Assembly (NCBI GenBank): GCA_964270895.1
Contig: OZ185435.1
Reading direction: 5' to 3' (one strand)
From: Podarcis filfolensis
Taxonomy: Eukaryota
DNA length: 64,000 bases
The notes beneath the pieces were generated by a model. That model was not told where the DNA came from. It saw nothing but the letters and a program-made list of their open reading frames with translations, and searched no databases. The translations under genes and the position numbers were made by a program. Below are positions 1 to 14,173 of the stretch, one piece after another. Position 1 is the first letter of the stretch. Each line of letters starts with the position of its first letter.

Positions 1-30
1 TGCATTAAAAAAAATGCATTTTGATTTTAG

Positions 31-162
31 GCACAGAAGGAACAGAAAAAGGATCGTGTTATTGTGCGCCGCAAGTCCGAACTGCCTCAGGATATCTATA
101 CCATGAAAGCCTTGGAGTCCCATTGCCGAGCTGATGATCTAATAACGCATGATGGGCATTAG
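31..162 (+). CDS. PPP2R5C: Last coding exon of PP2A regulatory subunit B56-gamma
   Basis: ttttag acceptor at 25-30, then [46 protein letters not shown]. Matches the B56 C-terminal RRKSELPQD motif; PPP2R5C lies directly upstream of DYNC1H1 in human. Confidence 0.93.
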   Translation, partial: AQKEQKKDRVIVRRKSELPQDIYTMKALESHCRADDLITHDGH

Positions 163-3085
163 ACTATTCAAGTGAAATCTTATTTGGAGGAAAACCCTTT
201 TTTCTGGACTCTGTTCCACAGTAGAGAACTTACTTTTTTTGTGCCATACTGATCAGTTACACACAAGTCAAAGCTTTTTCCCCAGTCCCATTTCTTTAGG
301 CAATAACTTTGATACAGTATGCGCAGCTCAAGATTAGTTGTTCAAACAATGGTAAATTATCTGATTCTATATGCAGAACCTTGGGTTGACAAGTATTAAA
401 AGAAGACACTTCCTTGAGGATGTTGGCATAGTACTAGCCAGTCGGAAGCATGCACTTTCCCCCCTCCATATTATTACTGAGAAAAGAACAGCCTTGGCAC
501 AAATCATCAAACACTGTTGCCACACAACCTCCCTAAACCTTTTTGGCTGCTCCACCTTCCCTCTTTTGTGCGGGGCGTGGAAAGCAGTTCTGTATATGGA
601 AAACCATGAAACCATAACGTTGATCATATTGTTTGCAGTATGTACACCTGTTGGACTACAGTCGGCTGCAGCTTGTGGCTCATGTACATCATATAGGTGC
701 AGGCACACAAGAAAATGCGTGTGTGACTGCACATTCCTTTTTTTTTTTCTTTATATGGAACTCCTTTCTGTGTGTGCAAAGTGGCCTTGCATAGGTTTTC
801 CTAATTAGAAGCTGCAGTACAGGAGTGCCTGGTAGGCTGAGGCCATTTTCTTTCTATTCTTCCTGTCCCCAAAGTTGGTACTGTGGCAATAGCTGAGTTT
901 TTAAATTCACCGAAAACCTATTAGGCATTTTTATAACACTGAAAAAAACTTCCAGGGCGGGGGGGAAACAAACCTGCATTACTGTCTTGACAAATTCCTG
1001 GCAGCTTGGAAACACACACACAGTTAAATTGTTCTCAGTTCAGCTTACAGAATGGCAATTTTCATGACAATCTTCGATCACGGCTAATTTCTGGGAGCTC
1101 TGAAAATTATTTCAGAGAGGGGCACCCTCAAAGTACTTTATATGGATTGAAGCCATATTTTCCAATCTTTTAGCATGTAATAGAAGCTGAGTATTTTGGA
1201 ACTGACCTGCTAGAAAAAGAATTTGTGTTCCTAAAACTGAAATCCTGTCTGCCTTGATTAGAAATAAATTGCATTTAAAAAAAAAGTCATTGCATAACTC
1301 TTATTTTGGTTTCCCCCAAAAAACTATTATTTCATTTACCAGAATGACTTCAGTGTTTTTCTCCCTTACCTGAGTTTTTACTGCATGGCATATTTTGAGC
1401 TCTAAGAGTTCTTTTTGTAGACATCATGAGACCAGCTAGCTGGATACATTTCTCTGGATGATATAATTTGATAAGAGTGCAGCATTAGTACCTTTTCAGA
1501 TTATATTTAATAAGACAACAGATCCTCATTGCATTATGCATTTTTCAGATGCCTGTCTTAAAAGCTGAGAAATGAGTTACAGAAGTTCTGCTGTCATATT
1601 GTTTTCTGTGGTGAAAAGCACATGTAAAACATACACACCTCACAAGGAAAAAAACCTCATCCCAGTTACTGTTGATCTTCAAATGCTGCTATATATTCCA
1701 CAAGATTACGTGCATGTTGTGAGCTCTTTTTTATTGTTGTGGATGGGAAAGCACGAAGAAATTTTATATATATATATAGTGCTTTGTCTTCGATATTTGA
1801 TTTCTCTCAGGGTGGCCAGTATTTTTAGACTTTTGTATCCTGCTTAAGAGCTGGGTTTCAGTTGTGTTTTATTTAGAACAAGCAACTAATTTCTTTTGTC
1901 TCTGGCAGTAGCAAACAGTGTTTTAATGTCTTGATGCAGAAAAAGTTAAAACATGTGGCTTCTTTAAAATAAGTTTTTAAGGAAATGAGGTATCGTGAAT
2001 CCATTAAAATTACTGTGCGAAACAGGCAGTTATAGTAACCTTGTGCAGATGTAGTGCCTGCTGTCTGGTCTCACTTAAAACAAAATGTCCAATATTTATT
2101 GCAAAAGCTATGGGGAGAAATCATATGTGGTGTGAGGGGAATTAGTGGTAAGGCAGAACTAAATTAATATAAAGACCACTCCAAGCTTCAAATAAAATAC
2201 CCATTCTGTGTAAAAACAATTCCTGTTAAACTTGAAAATAAATATGGTTTACCATGAAAAAACAAGTAATTTAAAGCAGATTAAAGATGTCTTCCCTTTT
2301 TGAGGTGGTGGGAAAGGGTGCTTTTTTAATTGCAAACGGCAACGTCTATATGTATTTTGATATACCATTGTTTGAACTTCCATCTTTAGCTGGTAACCTG
2401 TCAAATACCTTTTTTATAATTAGGCTGTTCAGTAGGTTCATGAAAGAGGTTTCTGGAAAGAAGCATTCAAACTAATGTTATCCTCTGGGGGGAGTGGGAA
2501 AATATTGTATATCAATGTTTGGTTGACTGTGTAACGCTCAACGTATAAGATCTTTCACTGTCTAGATTTTATTTTTTCTCTTTACTGAAGATAAACATTC
2601 ACCAAAAAGCTAACGTTCTGGGATAGGTAGGAAAATTATGCCATGAAAACTTGCTCTTGAGATTTTGGGCCAGTTGACAAACTTGCCTAAGCAATATTCT
2701 AAAATTTAGCAGCACTAATTGTTTGGCTTGTTTGTTATCACCATTTTTATGCTCTGTATAAGTTCTGTATTAAATTATTCTAAAAACTAATACATCCAAA
2801 ATAAAAACGTGCAAATAAAATATAGTTTTGGTGACTGTTGTTCTTCATAAAGTTCAGTGTTAGCCATCTTCCCATGTTCTCCAAAATTTTATGCCTGTAC
2901 ATCAGGAATGTCAAAAAGAATATTACCAAGTGTCTTTTTTTGTGTGTGGCTTTAGTATGGCTTCATTTTAATATTGTACATACATTGTACTTTGTTTTAT
3001 TGTAATGAGTAATAAAAATGTAGACTTCATATTTTGTACAGAATGGTCCTATGTACAGAATAAAAAGTTCCTAGAAACAGCAAAA
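163..3085 (+). other. PPP2R5C: Probable PPP2R5C 3'UTR (end approximate)
   Basis: AT-rich, repeat-poor sequence after the stop codon, ending in an AATAAA cluster (2191, 2800, 2814, 3011, 3059). Confidence 0.6.
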
Positions 3086-3140
3086 AAAAAATTATAGGTA
3101 AGTGGCACAATTTTTCTTTATACTATATCTGTATCTTTAT
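3001..3140 (+). terminator. Likely distal polyadenylation site of PPP2R5C
   Basis: AATAAA at 3011-3016 and 3059-3064, upstream TGTA elements (3001, 3019, 3035, 3052), T-rich downstream element from ~3111. Confidence 0.6.
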
Positions 3141-6006
3141 GCTTTAGTTGAATGCTATGTTCAAATGTACCAACCTATTTTTTAATATTTTATAATTCAG
3201 GTTTTTTTGTTCAGACATTGTTTTATGAAGAAAAACTTCATACACCTGCCATTTAATATGCTCTTTTATCTAGTTTTTAAATTCTAAAACTGGTGTATTA
3301 TATGGATTAAATAAAGAAGAAATGGAATTTTACCTGCTCATCATAAAACTACGTTTAACTTAAGGAAAGGATCTTCCAGCAAGAGTGCAGATTATGTAGG
3401 TATCCAATAAAAAAACCCATACAAAACAAAGTTTCAACAAGGCCTTTTAAGGGGGGCTACATCATCTACAGAAGACTCAAACCATCCAATTGACCATACG
3501 TAGAATGATGAAGCAGTCTATATATAGGTGGTGGCCAGGAGAAATCGATGATTCCATTTCTGTCCCCTTGACAAGTCAGACCTGTGTGTTCACTCTGCCC
3601 GTAATTACAAAAGTTGCAAAAACTGTTGTGTGAAAAATATGGTTTTTGACAATTGGGTTTTCTTAGTGCAAAACATGGAGGTTTTAGCACTCTAGTGTCT
3701 TGTTGCTCCATGCAAAAAAATGACTGCTACTCTTAAAGTTAAAACCATAGATAATAATCTCATTACCTAAAATTGAGAAGGATTTTAGGATTTTGTCTCA
3801 ATCTGTGCTTACTGAAAGACAAATCCATTTTCCTGCAGTTGTTAAAACTACTAAATGTTGCATACAAGCCAGATGAGATCCCTCACCTTTTGATGGTGGC
3901 AGACATTCTACTTGGTCGTGTGCCCCCCCCAAAAAAATCTTCCAAGTTTACTCTCAAAGTAGAGAACTTTCTTTATAGGAATTTCACTGAGCCATGAACA
4001 GAGTGGCCAATTTGACAGTACTGTATAGTGTCAAATTGACCCATTTAATATCTTAAATAACCCAAAGTTTGTCCACTAATATGTGACTCTTGACACAACA
4101 CACATCATGTAACCATGCCATGGGGTGGAATTTCCTTCCTTTAGAAGCTGGACATAGTCCAAGCCCCAGCATCTCCCAGGGCAGCCAAAAGAGCTTCCTT
4201 GGCTTTGAGCAGAGGGGGCTAATCCGTTTTGGCTGGTGGGCTGCATTCACTCCTGACCAACCCTTTGAAGATAGTGTGTCAATAGTAGGTGCGGCCACCC
4301 CCGAGTCTTGCATCAACACAAAAAGGCTGACAGTCCCCGCTCCTCAGCTGGTCCACGTCTCTTGTGCTTTTCTCGGTTTAATGCAGAACCTCAGCAAATC
4401 CTGAAGGTCGGAGCACCCTCAGCAACTCTGGATTTTGCATTGAGGGTCATGCAGTACTGAAGTCTATGAAAATTGGGGGCCTTGCCTTACACAAATGGAA
4501 AGCAATTTCTTCCGGCATAAAACCACCACTGTATGCAGCTCTGCGCTCCGAATGATCATGATTCAGCTTGACAGTATGTCAGTACACTGTGCTCTTCAGG
4601 ACTACAGTCCATTGTGTGTGGTTGCATCACTACTTGGTGCTACAATTCTGTAGTTAAATGCTGAGACAGAAGAACTAAATCATTCGAAATAGTTACACCT
4701 GAAGCCAAGGGTAGCAGCAGGGTGGGCCAGCATCCCACAAACTGACCAATGAACCAAGGTGAAGTATGTGAGCCAATTTGGGGGGGGGGGGAGTCAAAAT
4801 CCTAGCTTGCTTTCTTCCTGAACTAATGAAGAGTCAATTCTTTCGTGGTACTCTGAATCAAGGCCAGCACCTAGTAATTGGTCCTATAGACCTGAGGGGA
4901 TTTATACTTTGAACAGCAGCCACCTATGCTGCATGGTGTACAGCAGGGAGTTTCAGAAGTAGTTAATGACACCTTATGAGGGTCAGTTCTTCAAGCAACA
5001 GTAAATAATGCCACTGTAATACCAAGCCCGTAACATTTGTTCATGCATCTCTTGGATTGTCCTAGTGAGGTAGAAGACCAGGACATGAAGACTTGAAAGC
5101 AATACATGAACTTTACAGTAGGGTTTTCTGTATCTAGTAGAAACTACATTTTCTCTATACACTTGGTTTGAAATTTGATTAAACCGATCAGCTTTTGTAA
5201 CAAAAAGCCAGTTTTCATGTTGCAGGGCATGACCACAGCTATGCATCCTTTTAGTTGGCTGTTGCATACCTGCATTAAAACTTTAGTGCAGCAATCCTCA
5301 AATATTTTTGATGTTGCTATATAGATGAGGACCAAATTAGGTGTAACAGCAAAGATGCAAACCGATTTACTGGGTGAGGGAAGCAGAGAGCATGTTGCCA
5401 AGGGGTAAAGGTCTATTATCCAGAGAGAAAGCTGGCATTAATCATGAAAAAATAATGGCGCTTTGGGATGTGGTCTCCTTAAATAATACATTTCTCTTGC
5501 TACATTATGCCTAACCTCATGCAACTGTCACTCATAAAAAATTAAAGAGAAAAATGTTGCTATGTAGCTAAGTTTATTTTCTGTGTTTGATAACCCTCGA
5601 GGCAGTAACATATATCAGATCGCTCTCTCTAGGCATAATGGTTAGCTGCAAGCGGGAAAGAAATCGAGGCTGCAGTCCATGGCACTTTTACTAGGGAAGA
5701 TTGAACTCAGGTTTACTTCTAAGTCTTAAACATGCTTAGAATTCCACAGCATATATTAGAATGCTACAACATTGCAAGGGACCACAAGGCTATCCTAGCC
5801 AACCCCTTTCCCTAGACATATTCTACTATGGAGCAAACTCGACACAAATTAAATTCTGCAGTCCAAGCTGCACTCGGTTGCATGCAGAAAACAGTCTTAT
5901 TCAATTTTTGAAATAAAAAAGGGAAAGCCACCCCTACCCCCATTGTCTCTTATTAATGGAATGGCATGTCTGCATTGTTTTGGGGATATCTACCCTTTAT
6001 ACCAAC

Positions 6007-6385
6007 GGGACACAGGTGGTGCTGTGGTCTAAACCACTGGGTCTCTTGGGCTTGCTGATTGGAAGGTTGGCCGTTCGAATCCATGCAAAGGGGTGAGCTC
6101 CCGTTGCTCTGCCCCAGCTCCTGCCAACCAAGCACACCAGTGCAAGTAGATAAATAGGTACCGCTGTGGCGGGAAGGTAAATGGCATTTCCGTGCGCTCT
6201 GGCACTCATCCCAGTGTCCTGTTGCACCAGAAGCGGTTTATGCTGGCCGCATGACCCGGAAAGCTAGCTGTGGACAAACGCCGGCTCCCTTGGCCTGAAA
6301 AACGATATGAGCGCCACACTCCATAGTCGCCTTTGACTGCACTTAACCGTCCAGGGTCCTTTACCTTTCTACCTTACCCTTTCTA
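6007..6385 (+). mobile_element. Sauria SINE, full length
   Basis: tRNA-like head GGGACACAGGTGGTGCTGTGGTCTAAACC...GTTCGAATCC, body GCAAGTAGATAAATAGGTACC, (ACCTTT)-like tail; homologous to the copy at 56629. Confidence 0.88.
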
Positions 6386-7829
6386 CCACCTTTTAAAAAA
6401 AAATAAGGAAGTTTATCCCCTTCGGTACATTTTTCCCCTGTAACAAAGTCATGCAGAGATGTTCAAAGAAGGTAAGGTTCTTTTAATAAGTGGAAGATTG
6501 GTGCACTGATCTCTCATGCTAAACTAATTAGGGAGCAGTCCTCTGGCCGTGGCGCTGAGACAAGAATCAGAAAGCAGAGCAAATTAAGGGCAAAAGTTCC
6601 TTATCTTGTATTTCTTTCCACTTCAGTAAGGTCAAGAGTGCTTCCTCCCTGCCTGTTCTCATTGAAGATTTTGTAGTCAAAACAAAAGGGGCCATCAGTG
6701 TGGACCTTTGAGTTCAGGCAATAGTTAAGTTCTAGAAAAAGAGATGACAGCACTCATGACCTTGAAATAACACCCTTTGCCCCTTCCCTCTTTTCAGCAG
6801 TGCATGAGCTGCTTCTGTGGTTACTCAGTAGTGATGGAGGCCCACTCTGCACCTGCTTAAGGACAGGTTCAACTGCTGCTCTGGGTGTATCAATCTTGAA
6901 CCCTGCCATTGAAATCACATACTAGTTAGGACTGACCATTGGGGAAGACCCAGTAGAGTTTTAACCATGGTCTCAAGGAATCCATGCTCACCTCTTCCAC
7001 CCTGGTACACTTAACTATGTAGCCTCTAAAAGAAGCCAACCATCCCGCAGAAATGGCTGCCATTATCACAGAACCAGAACCACCATTTGTTGCAACAAGT
7101 TAGTAGCTTGGGTTCAAGGGCCCCCAGCACGTTGAGGTTGTCTTCAGCACAATCTTGGCATGCTGGAAAGCATTGTTCATTCACAAGCTTTTATTATTTC
7201 TGCTCAAGCTGCTCTTTGGGAAGTGGTGTGCAGTTATGTTGAGGTAGGTGCCACCACAGAGACTCCCAACATGTCCAGGTCCCAGGCTTAATCTACTGCA
7301 ATAATTTGCATGGGGAGGGCTGGGCAAGGCTTGGACGCTTAGGCTATTCTCTCTATATTCTCTCCAGCACTCCAGAAAATCCACTAGCACCGTGTGCTGA
7401 GGAATGACCCTTTCCCTATTTTGGAGTACCGCTATCCCGGATGAGAGACGAGCCTTGAGCATTCCTTAGCCATAATTGCAACCCAAGACCATCTTCCCAT
7501 CCATAGCTGAGCATGTTCCAACGAGAAGGAATACCTTGTGCATGCATGTTGGAGTTACAGTGTTGTAGGGGGCCTTGTGCTCTGACGCACCCCCTTTGAT
7601 GCAAGAGATCCAGTTTCAACATTCCCTAACAAATTGCTTTGTTACGCAGCACAAAGTTAAAACATGGGCTCACACAAGATGTAGCAATGGCCATTGACTT
7701 GGGACAGCTCTCAAAGAGGATTGGGCATGTGATGAAGGCTATCAATGGCTGGTAGCCAAAATGGCTATGTTCTGTTTGCTGTCGGAGGCAATATTCCCCT
7801 GAATACCCGTTGCTGAGACTCCCAGGTTG

Positions 7830-7945
7830 GAGAGAGTGCTGTTGCTCTCCTGTGCTGCTTGCGGGCTCCCCATATGTTGTCCGCTGCAGGAAGAGGATAC
7901 TGGGATATGGGTCACTGGCCTCATCCAGCAGGCTCTTGTGATGTG
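7830..7945 (+). mobile_element. Degraded CR1/L2-type LINE 3' end
   Basis: GGATACTGGGATATGGGTCACTGGCCTCATCCAGCAGGCTCTT resembles the ...GGACTAGATGGACCATTGGCCTGA 3' motif also seen at 32.5 kb. Confidence 0.4.
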
Positions 7946-8191
7946 GCTGCCCAGCTTCTGCTTGAAGACCTCCAGCAGGGGAGAGTCCGCTATCTCTGTA
8001 TGGGCCAGGATGGGAACTAGTGGCCCTGCAGATATTGCTGGACTATAACTCCCATCATCCCTATCCACTGACCACACTGGCAGGGGCTAAATAGGGTCCA
8101 TTAACATCCAATCCAACCCATCTGCTCATCCTCCAGAATGGTAACTCCTTTAGATCAGTTTCCCAAACTTGGTTCTCGGGGGTGGGGGGGT

Positions 8192-8211
8192 GGTGTGTGT
8201 GTGTGTGTGTG
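8192..8211. repeat. (TG)n microsatellite
   Basis: Direct reading of the TG run. Confidence 0.9.
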
Positions 8212-8817
8212 TCTGCTTTAATCTCTGTCCCTCTGGCCTCTTACTCATAAGTAAGCCCCTTGTTACCCGTGCTTAAAGCCTACAGCAAGCGGGCTGCCTC
8301 ATCCTACACGTGTTTACCCAGAAAGAATTCCCATATTGTTTCCTAGGCGTCTTTACCAGCCCTAGTCTGCTGCGAAGTCCACTCCTTGTGTCTAAGCCCC
8401 ATGTGAGAAGTGTGGCTAAGATTGCAGTCGTTTTGCCTACTCAGTTCAAGTGGGGCTTGGTGCAGAAGGCCGCAGCGTTAACTCCTTATCCGTAGCCGAA
8501 AATATCAGAAATGCATCACACTCGGCGCGCTGCAATCCGGGGCAGAGCTCTGCAGCGCAACTCTCTGGCAGCAAAGAGGCAAGAGGCTGCGTAGTGACAG
8601 CCTCAAAACCGCTTCTTCATTGCTCCGGCGGAAACAGTCGCAGTGCAATCTGGAACAAGTAGTTTTTCTCCTGCAGCTTTTGGCTTCGAAAAAAAGATTT
8701 CCTGAGAATAAGCGGGAAGGCGGGGTCACAAATCTGACATTTGTGCCCTATTGAGTTCTGCTTCCTGGAGAAAGAAACAGCCTGGGCGTTGCGTTTGCTT
8801 TACATTATCTCTAGAAA

Positions 8818-8852
8818 ACACACACACACTCTCAAACACACACACACACACA
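8818..8852. repeat. Interrupted (CA)n microsatellite
   Basis: acacacacacactctcaaacacacacacacacac. Confidence 0.85.
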
Positions 8853-9299
8853 CCCTTTAATTTTAACTGTGTAATTAATTTTATTCTGTCCTGTGTTTTT
8901 CATCTCTTGTACTGTAATGGCTTTGGCTAGACAATTTTTTTAAAAAATAGCCCCATGTCTAAAGGATGCTTACATTTACATTTAAAACATCATCGTATTT
9001 GCTAGCTTACGAGTGGCAGAATTTAACAGCGCAATCCTGCAGATACCTACTCAAAAGCAAACCCCACTGAGCTCCTTTTGCAGAAAACCGGGACCTGAGG
9101 ATTTCACTCTCATAAGTAGCTTTCTAATCAGGAACACGCGCATCGCATACTAGCGTGCTTCCTTCGGTTGTGCCAAAAACTACATATGAAAATCCAAAAG
9201 AGACAAGTACTTTTAAAATATTGTTAATGCTCTTCCTCCCAAAGGAGCCCAGGAATGCAAGTAATGCTCAGGATTGAAACCTGAGGGTTTTCTCATATT

Positions 9300-9376
9300 A
9301 TTACTATTATCATAATTGTATATTTATTTATTTATACCCCACTTTTCCCCCTGACAGGGACTCCAAATGGCTTACG
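9300..9376 (-). mobile_element. L2-type LINE/SINE 3' tail fragment
   Basis: Reverse complement reads GTAAGCCATTTGGAGTCCC...GGGGAAAAGTGGGGTATAAATAAATAAAT. Confidence 0.5.
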
Positions 9377-9599
9377 GGGGGGGGGTAGAATAAGAGCAGC
9401 TTAAAAACACTGGGGAAAACCCAATAATTAAAAAAAATTAACATGGATAAGTTCAAACATATTTAATATATATGCTGATCATCACAATACTGTAAATCCA
9501 ACTTGCATTCTAAGCAAATCAGAGCCCCACCGCCGGAAACGTGAACTACATTGCCCGCGTGATCCTCTGGAGGGGGGGAGCGGGTGTCCCCTTTCAGAT

Positions 9600-10470
<871 letters not shown>

Positions 10471-11333
10471 CCCCCCCCCCACTTCGCCAGCACCAGGAAT
10501 AAATCTCTTTTCCCGCACATCTGCCCTCTCCGTGGCCTGATCCGGCAGTCTCCTCATCAACGCATCTTCCTCTTCAACCAGGCCTTGGGCTGATGAACCA
10601 TCACTTTCAATGTGGGAGGGGAGCAGGGGTTGGTTGTTGGTTGGGTTTGTTACTGTTTTCGTTGTGGGTTGTATTTTATGGTCTTGTTCTGTATTTTTTA
10701 TTTTTTTATGCTCCTTATGATCTTCGGGTGACAGGCAATAGGTGGATCTAATAAAGAATAATGATATATCTTATCTAGATCTGCATGAGTAAAGCCTTTT
10801 TTGCAAGTCAATACAGTGACGCTCAATGCCGCAAATAAAATAGTTCAAGTCAGGCCATACCTGCCTGTGTGGAGCTTGCACAGATAGGAAGCTGCCTCAC
10901 ACCATTTCAAATTATTTCTGTTTAACGTGGGTGCACTGGCGTTATCTTTCCTCGTTCTTCTCAACACACACACACACACCTGCCAACTGAAGTGGAGGTT
11001 TCGTGCATCTGGGCTCTAATCCATGCTATCACCTCGCGCCATAAAAGAATGAAATATTTAGGATGCAGCGAGGCTTGTTTTTGCTGCAACATGCTGGACA
11101 AAGCCACCGCTCTGGAAATTGTCACATGCCTCTTTGTTGTCCAGACAGGCAGAGGATCTTTGGGGATTCAGGCAGAGTGAGGCCTTTCCACATGTAAAAT
11201 GAGCATGATCGCTGGCTGGGTTAATAGTCCAAGGTACAGCACACAGTAATGCTCTGCTTGCGTGAGAGGAACTTCCAGTGTGGGATTGACTTCTTCTGAG
11301 CACTGTGATGCAGAGTATGCTGAAGGTGGATAG

Positions 11334-11491
11334 TAGGGTTGCCAAGTCGCCAGGAAGACAAACCGCCATCTGGTTGGCTTCTATGCCTTTGACAACAGCT
11401 TGGTGTGCCAGAATCAGTAGGTGAAGCTTTTCCTGGCATGGAGATAAACAGGGTTGCTGTTTCTTGCCTGATGTTAAAATTGACAACCCTG
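11334..11491. mobile_element. hAT-like MITE, older copy
   Basis: Terminal inverted repeats TAGGGTTGCCAA / TTGACAACCCTG; no clean TSD. Confidence 0.5.
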
Positions 11492-11922
11492 AGTTCAAGG
11501 GCAAAATGACAAGTGTTCCACTTTCACAGGGTTGTTAGGTTATCTATATTGGCACAGTACAGTATTTTATAATCCAGTTTCACCTCATCAGGAACTAGAT
11601 TCCATGCATTGCTTGGGGTTGGGCTTCCTTCCTACCAGTCTTAGAAACTCAGATATATAAGCCAAATTGCACCTTAAACCTAGGTTCTGGTCTCCAGAAC
11701 GGAATGTGTATGTGCCTTTTCATTTCTATACTGCTTTATATTTTAAAGAAAAAATCTGAGTGGTTTACAGCACATTAAAACATCAAATAAAACAATCCAG
11801 AATAAAACACATTCCAAGTTTGAAGGATAATATTTCAGATCCTTCTCTTAAGTGACATTTTGTTTTTCCCATATTTATTTACCTACTTATTTTATATAGC
11901 TGCCCCATAGCAGAAGAACTCT

Positions 11923-12113
11923 GGGAAGCCAGTGTGGTGTATGTTCAGAGTGTCTGACTAGGACCTGGGAATAAGGGTTCATGAAGCTCATTTGTTGACC
12001 TTGGACCTGTCACAGCTTCTTAACCTACGTCACAGGGTCATTGTAGGGATTAACTGAGGAGGGGATAAATCATGTACTCCTTGGATAAAAAGGTGGCCTG
12101 TAAATATAATAAA
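11923..12113 (+). mobile_element. Degraded tRNA-derived SINE with L2-like tail (Squam3/MIR-like)
   Basis: GGGAAGCCAGTGTGGTGTA...GGGTTCA...TGACCTTGG...TAAATATAATAAA; similar to the copy at 33657. Confidence 0.6.
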
Positions 12114-12689
12114 CTCTTATTGCATGCTTAAGAAAGCTGCAGCATCCAGCCAGATGAAGATGTCAGTTGCCAACCTGGCATCCAGAGATATCTATGTGGT
12201 CAAAATTGGACCCACTAGCAAAACGCGCCTGGCACATGGGGAATTTCTAACACTGCTTCCAACTCTACAGTTCTATGTAGAACTGCACTAAGAATGACAA
12301 ATGGTGACATTCTGGTTCACCTCGTCTTATCTCCAATTGTCCTTTGGCAGAACTGGACAACATGGATACCATACTCTTTTGGCTTATAGGTTGTCAACTA
12401 GAAGGGCAGACCAGTACCTGGGGATTGTTGGCCGTTAATTGTAGATCCCATGCTTCCATGTATGGGGGGATTAGCCTATTTGCTTCCACTCACATCTTCC
12501 CTAGTTCCATACAGATTGGGCAAGTAGTAAGCACAGGATCATTCTAGTCTTCAACCCCTTCCTCTCTTGGTCAGCAAACACCATAAGGCTCATTGTAGAG
12601 AAAAATATGTGTTGCATGCCAGATCTTCTATGTATGTCTTTGTAGGAACTTGAGGTATAATGCCATAAGGAAGTACCGGTATATCTGTT

Positions 12690-12855
12690 CTTGCATGCAG
12701 TTTCCACTTATATGGGGGCCATGTATTTCTAAATTCATTTGTTGAAGGCATTTTTAGGACATGGAAGAAGGGCCTCAGAGGATGATCTCGGGGTCTAGGT
12801 AGGTTCATATGGAGAGAGGTGGTCCTTGAGGTGCTGCAGTCCTGAGTTGTTTATA
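12690..12855 (-). mobile_element. L2 LINE fragment
   Basis: GAAGGGCCTCAGAGGATGATCTC...GGTTCATATGGAGAGAGGTGGTCCTTGAGGT resembles the reverse complement of the L2 ORF2 3' region. Confidence 0.4.
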
Positions 12856-14005
12856 TAGCAAGGGAAGCATGGTACTTTCTGGGTAAGCCATCATTCTAGA
12901 CAGTTGGTGGACTTTTTATATCAGTCATGCTATCAGTCATAGCCTGCCAATGGTCAGGATCTGCAATGATGGCAGTTGTGGTCCAACAACATCTGAAAGG
13001 CCACAGGTTTGTTATGTACACAGTGGTTCTCAAGATGCAATGTCAGTAATCCCAGCACTCCAGCTACTGTAATTGCATCTCCTCTGCCATTCTCCAAGCT
13101 GGCTGGGGTATATGAATGTGTGTGGGTTGTTGTTGTTTTTGAGGCATGCTGATAAGATTACAGATGGCTCTCAGTTTATATTGGGATTACATTCCAGGGA
13201 TAGTGCCTAACACCAAAATTGCATATAGCTGGGTTCAATGGCAGGTGGGATTGTTAGTCTTTTTTCCTCTGACGTCCGCCCCCTTTTTATTTTCTAATTT
13301 TACCAAGTGCATAAAGTTAAATGTGCGTAAGTTGCAAGTTACCTGTACTGTAGTCAGCAGTATATCACAGTCCAAAAGGAAAAAGTCTCTACATATGTTA
13401 CAGTGGTAACGTGTTGATTGGCTACTAGTGTAAGTTTGGCCTTTGGAAAGCTTTTAGTGAATTATTGAGATTTTGCATCAGCTTAAGTTTGGCCTTTTTG
13501 GAAAGCTTTTACTATCAGCTACTGTAGATGGAGGTTTTCTAAGTATTATTTGTAACTATAATCTTCTGCAAGAATTTGCTGTTGGTAAGCACCCTGCCCC
13601 CACTTTCGAGCATTGTTAATCCCTCCCCAGGAGGTGCTTCCCATTTTCCAAACATTAACTCTGTTGGCAGGATTTCTCTGTGCCCAGGTGTCACCTCAGA
13701 AAGACAGCCTGGCCTGCTTGCTGAGTTCTGCTGGCTGTTTAGATAAACAAGAGAACTTTCATAGAGGACTGAGCTATGTAAATTTAAACATAATAAAGTA
13801 TAATATTTGTTTTAGATAGCCTAGAACTAGAGAGCTTATTGGGATAGCTAACATTGTGCCTTCCAGATGTTTGAGACTGAAGCTCCTATCAGCCCTAGTC
13901 AGCATGGCCCATGATAGATGATGGGAATTGGAGTCTGAAAGTGCACCATGTTGGCTACCCCTGGCATAGATGTTTTATTAAAATCCCTGAACAATAATTC
14001 TAGGC

Positions 14006-14173
14006 TAGGGTTGCCATATTTCAAAAAGTAAAAACCTGGCCACCCTGCAAATTTTCGATTGACTTGCCTAAGATCCAGGACAAAGCGCCACCTTCGGAAA
14101 TTCCCCCCGGATGTCAGTTGCCCCTTTGAAATCTCGGTAATGTCTGAGAAAATCCATACTTATGGCAGCCATA
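14006..14173. mobile_element. hAT-family MITE with 8-bp TSD
   Basis: TIRs TAGGGTTGCCATA / TATGGCAGCCATA, flanked by perfect TTCTAGGC at 13998-14005 and 14174-14181. Confidence 0.85.

Noticed and set aside
367-8729. ORFs of 60-145 aa in the PPP2R5C 3'UTR and intergenic region
   Set aside because: No recognisable protein similarity or exon structure; several overlap SINE or LINE remnants.
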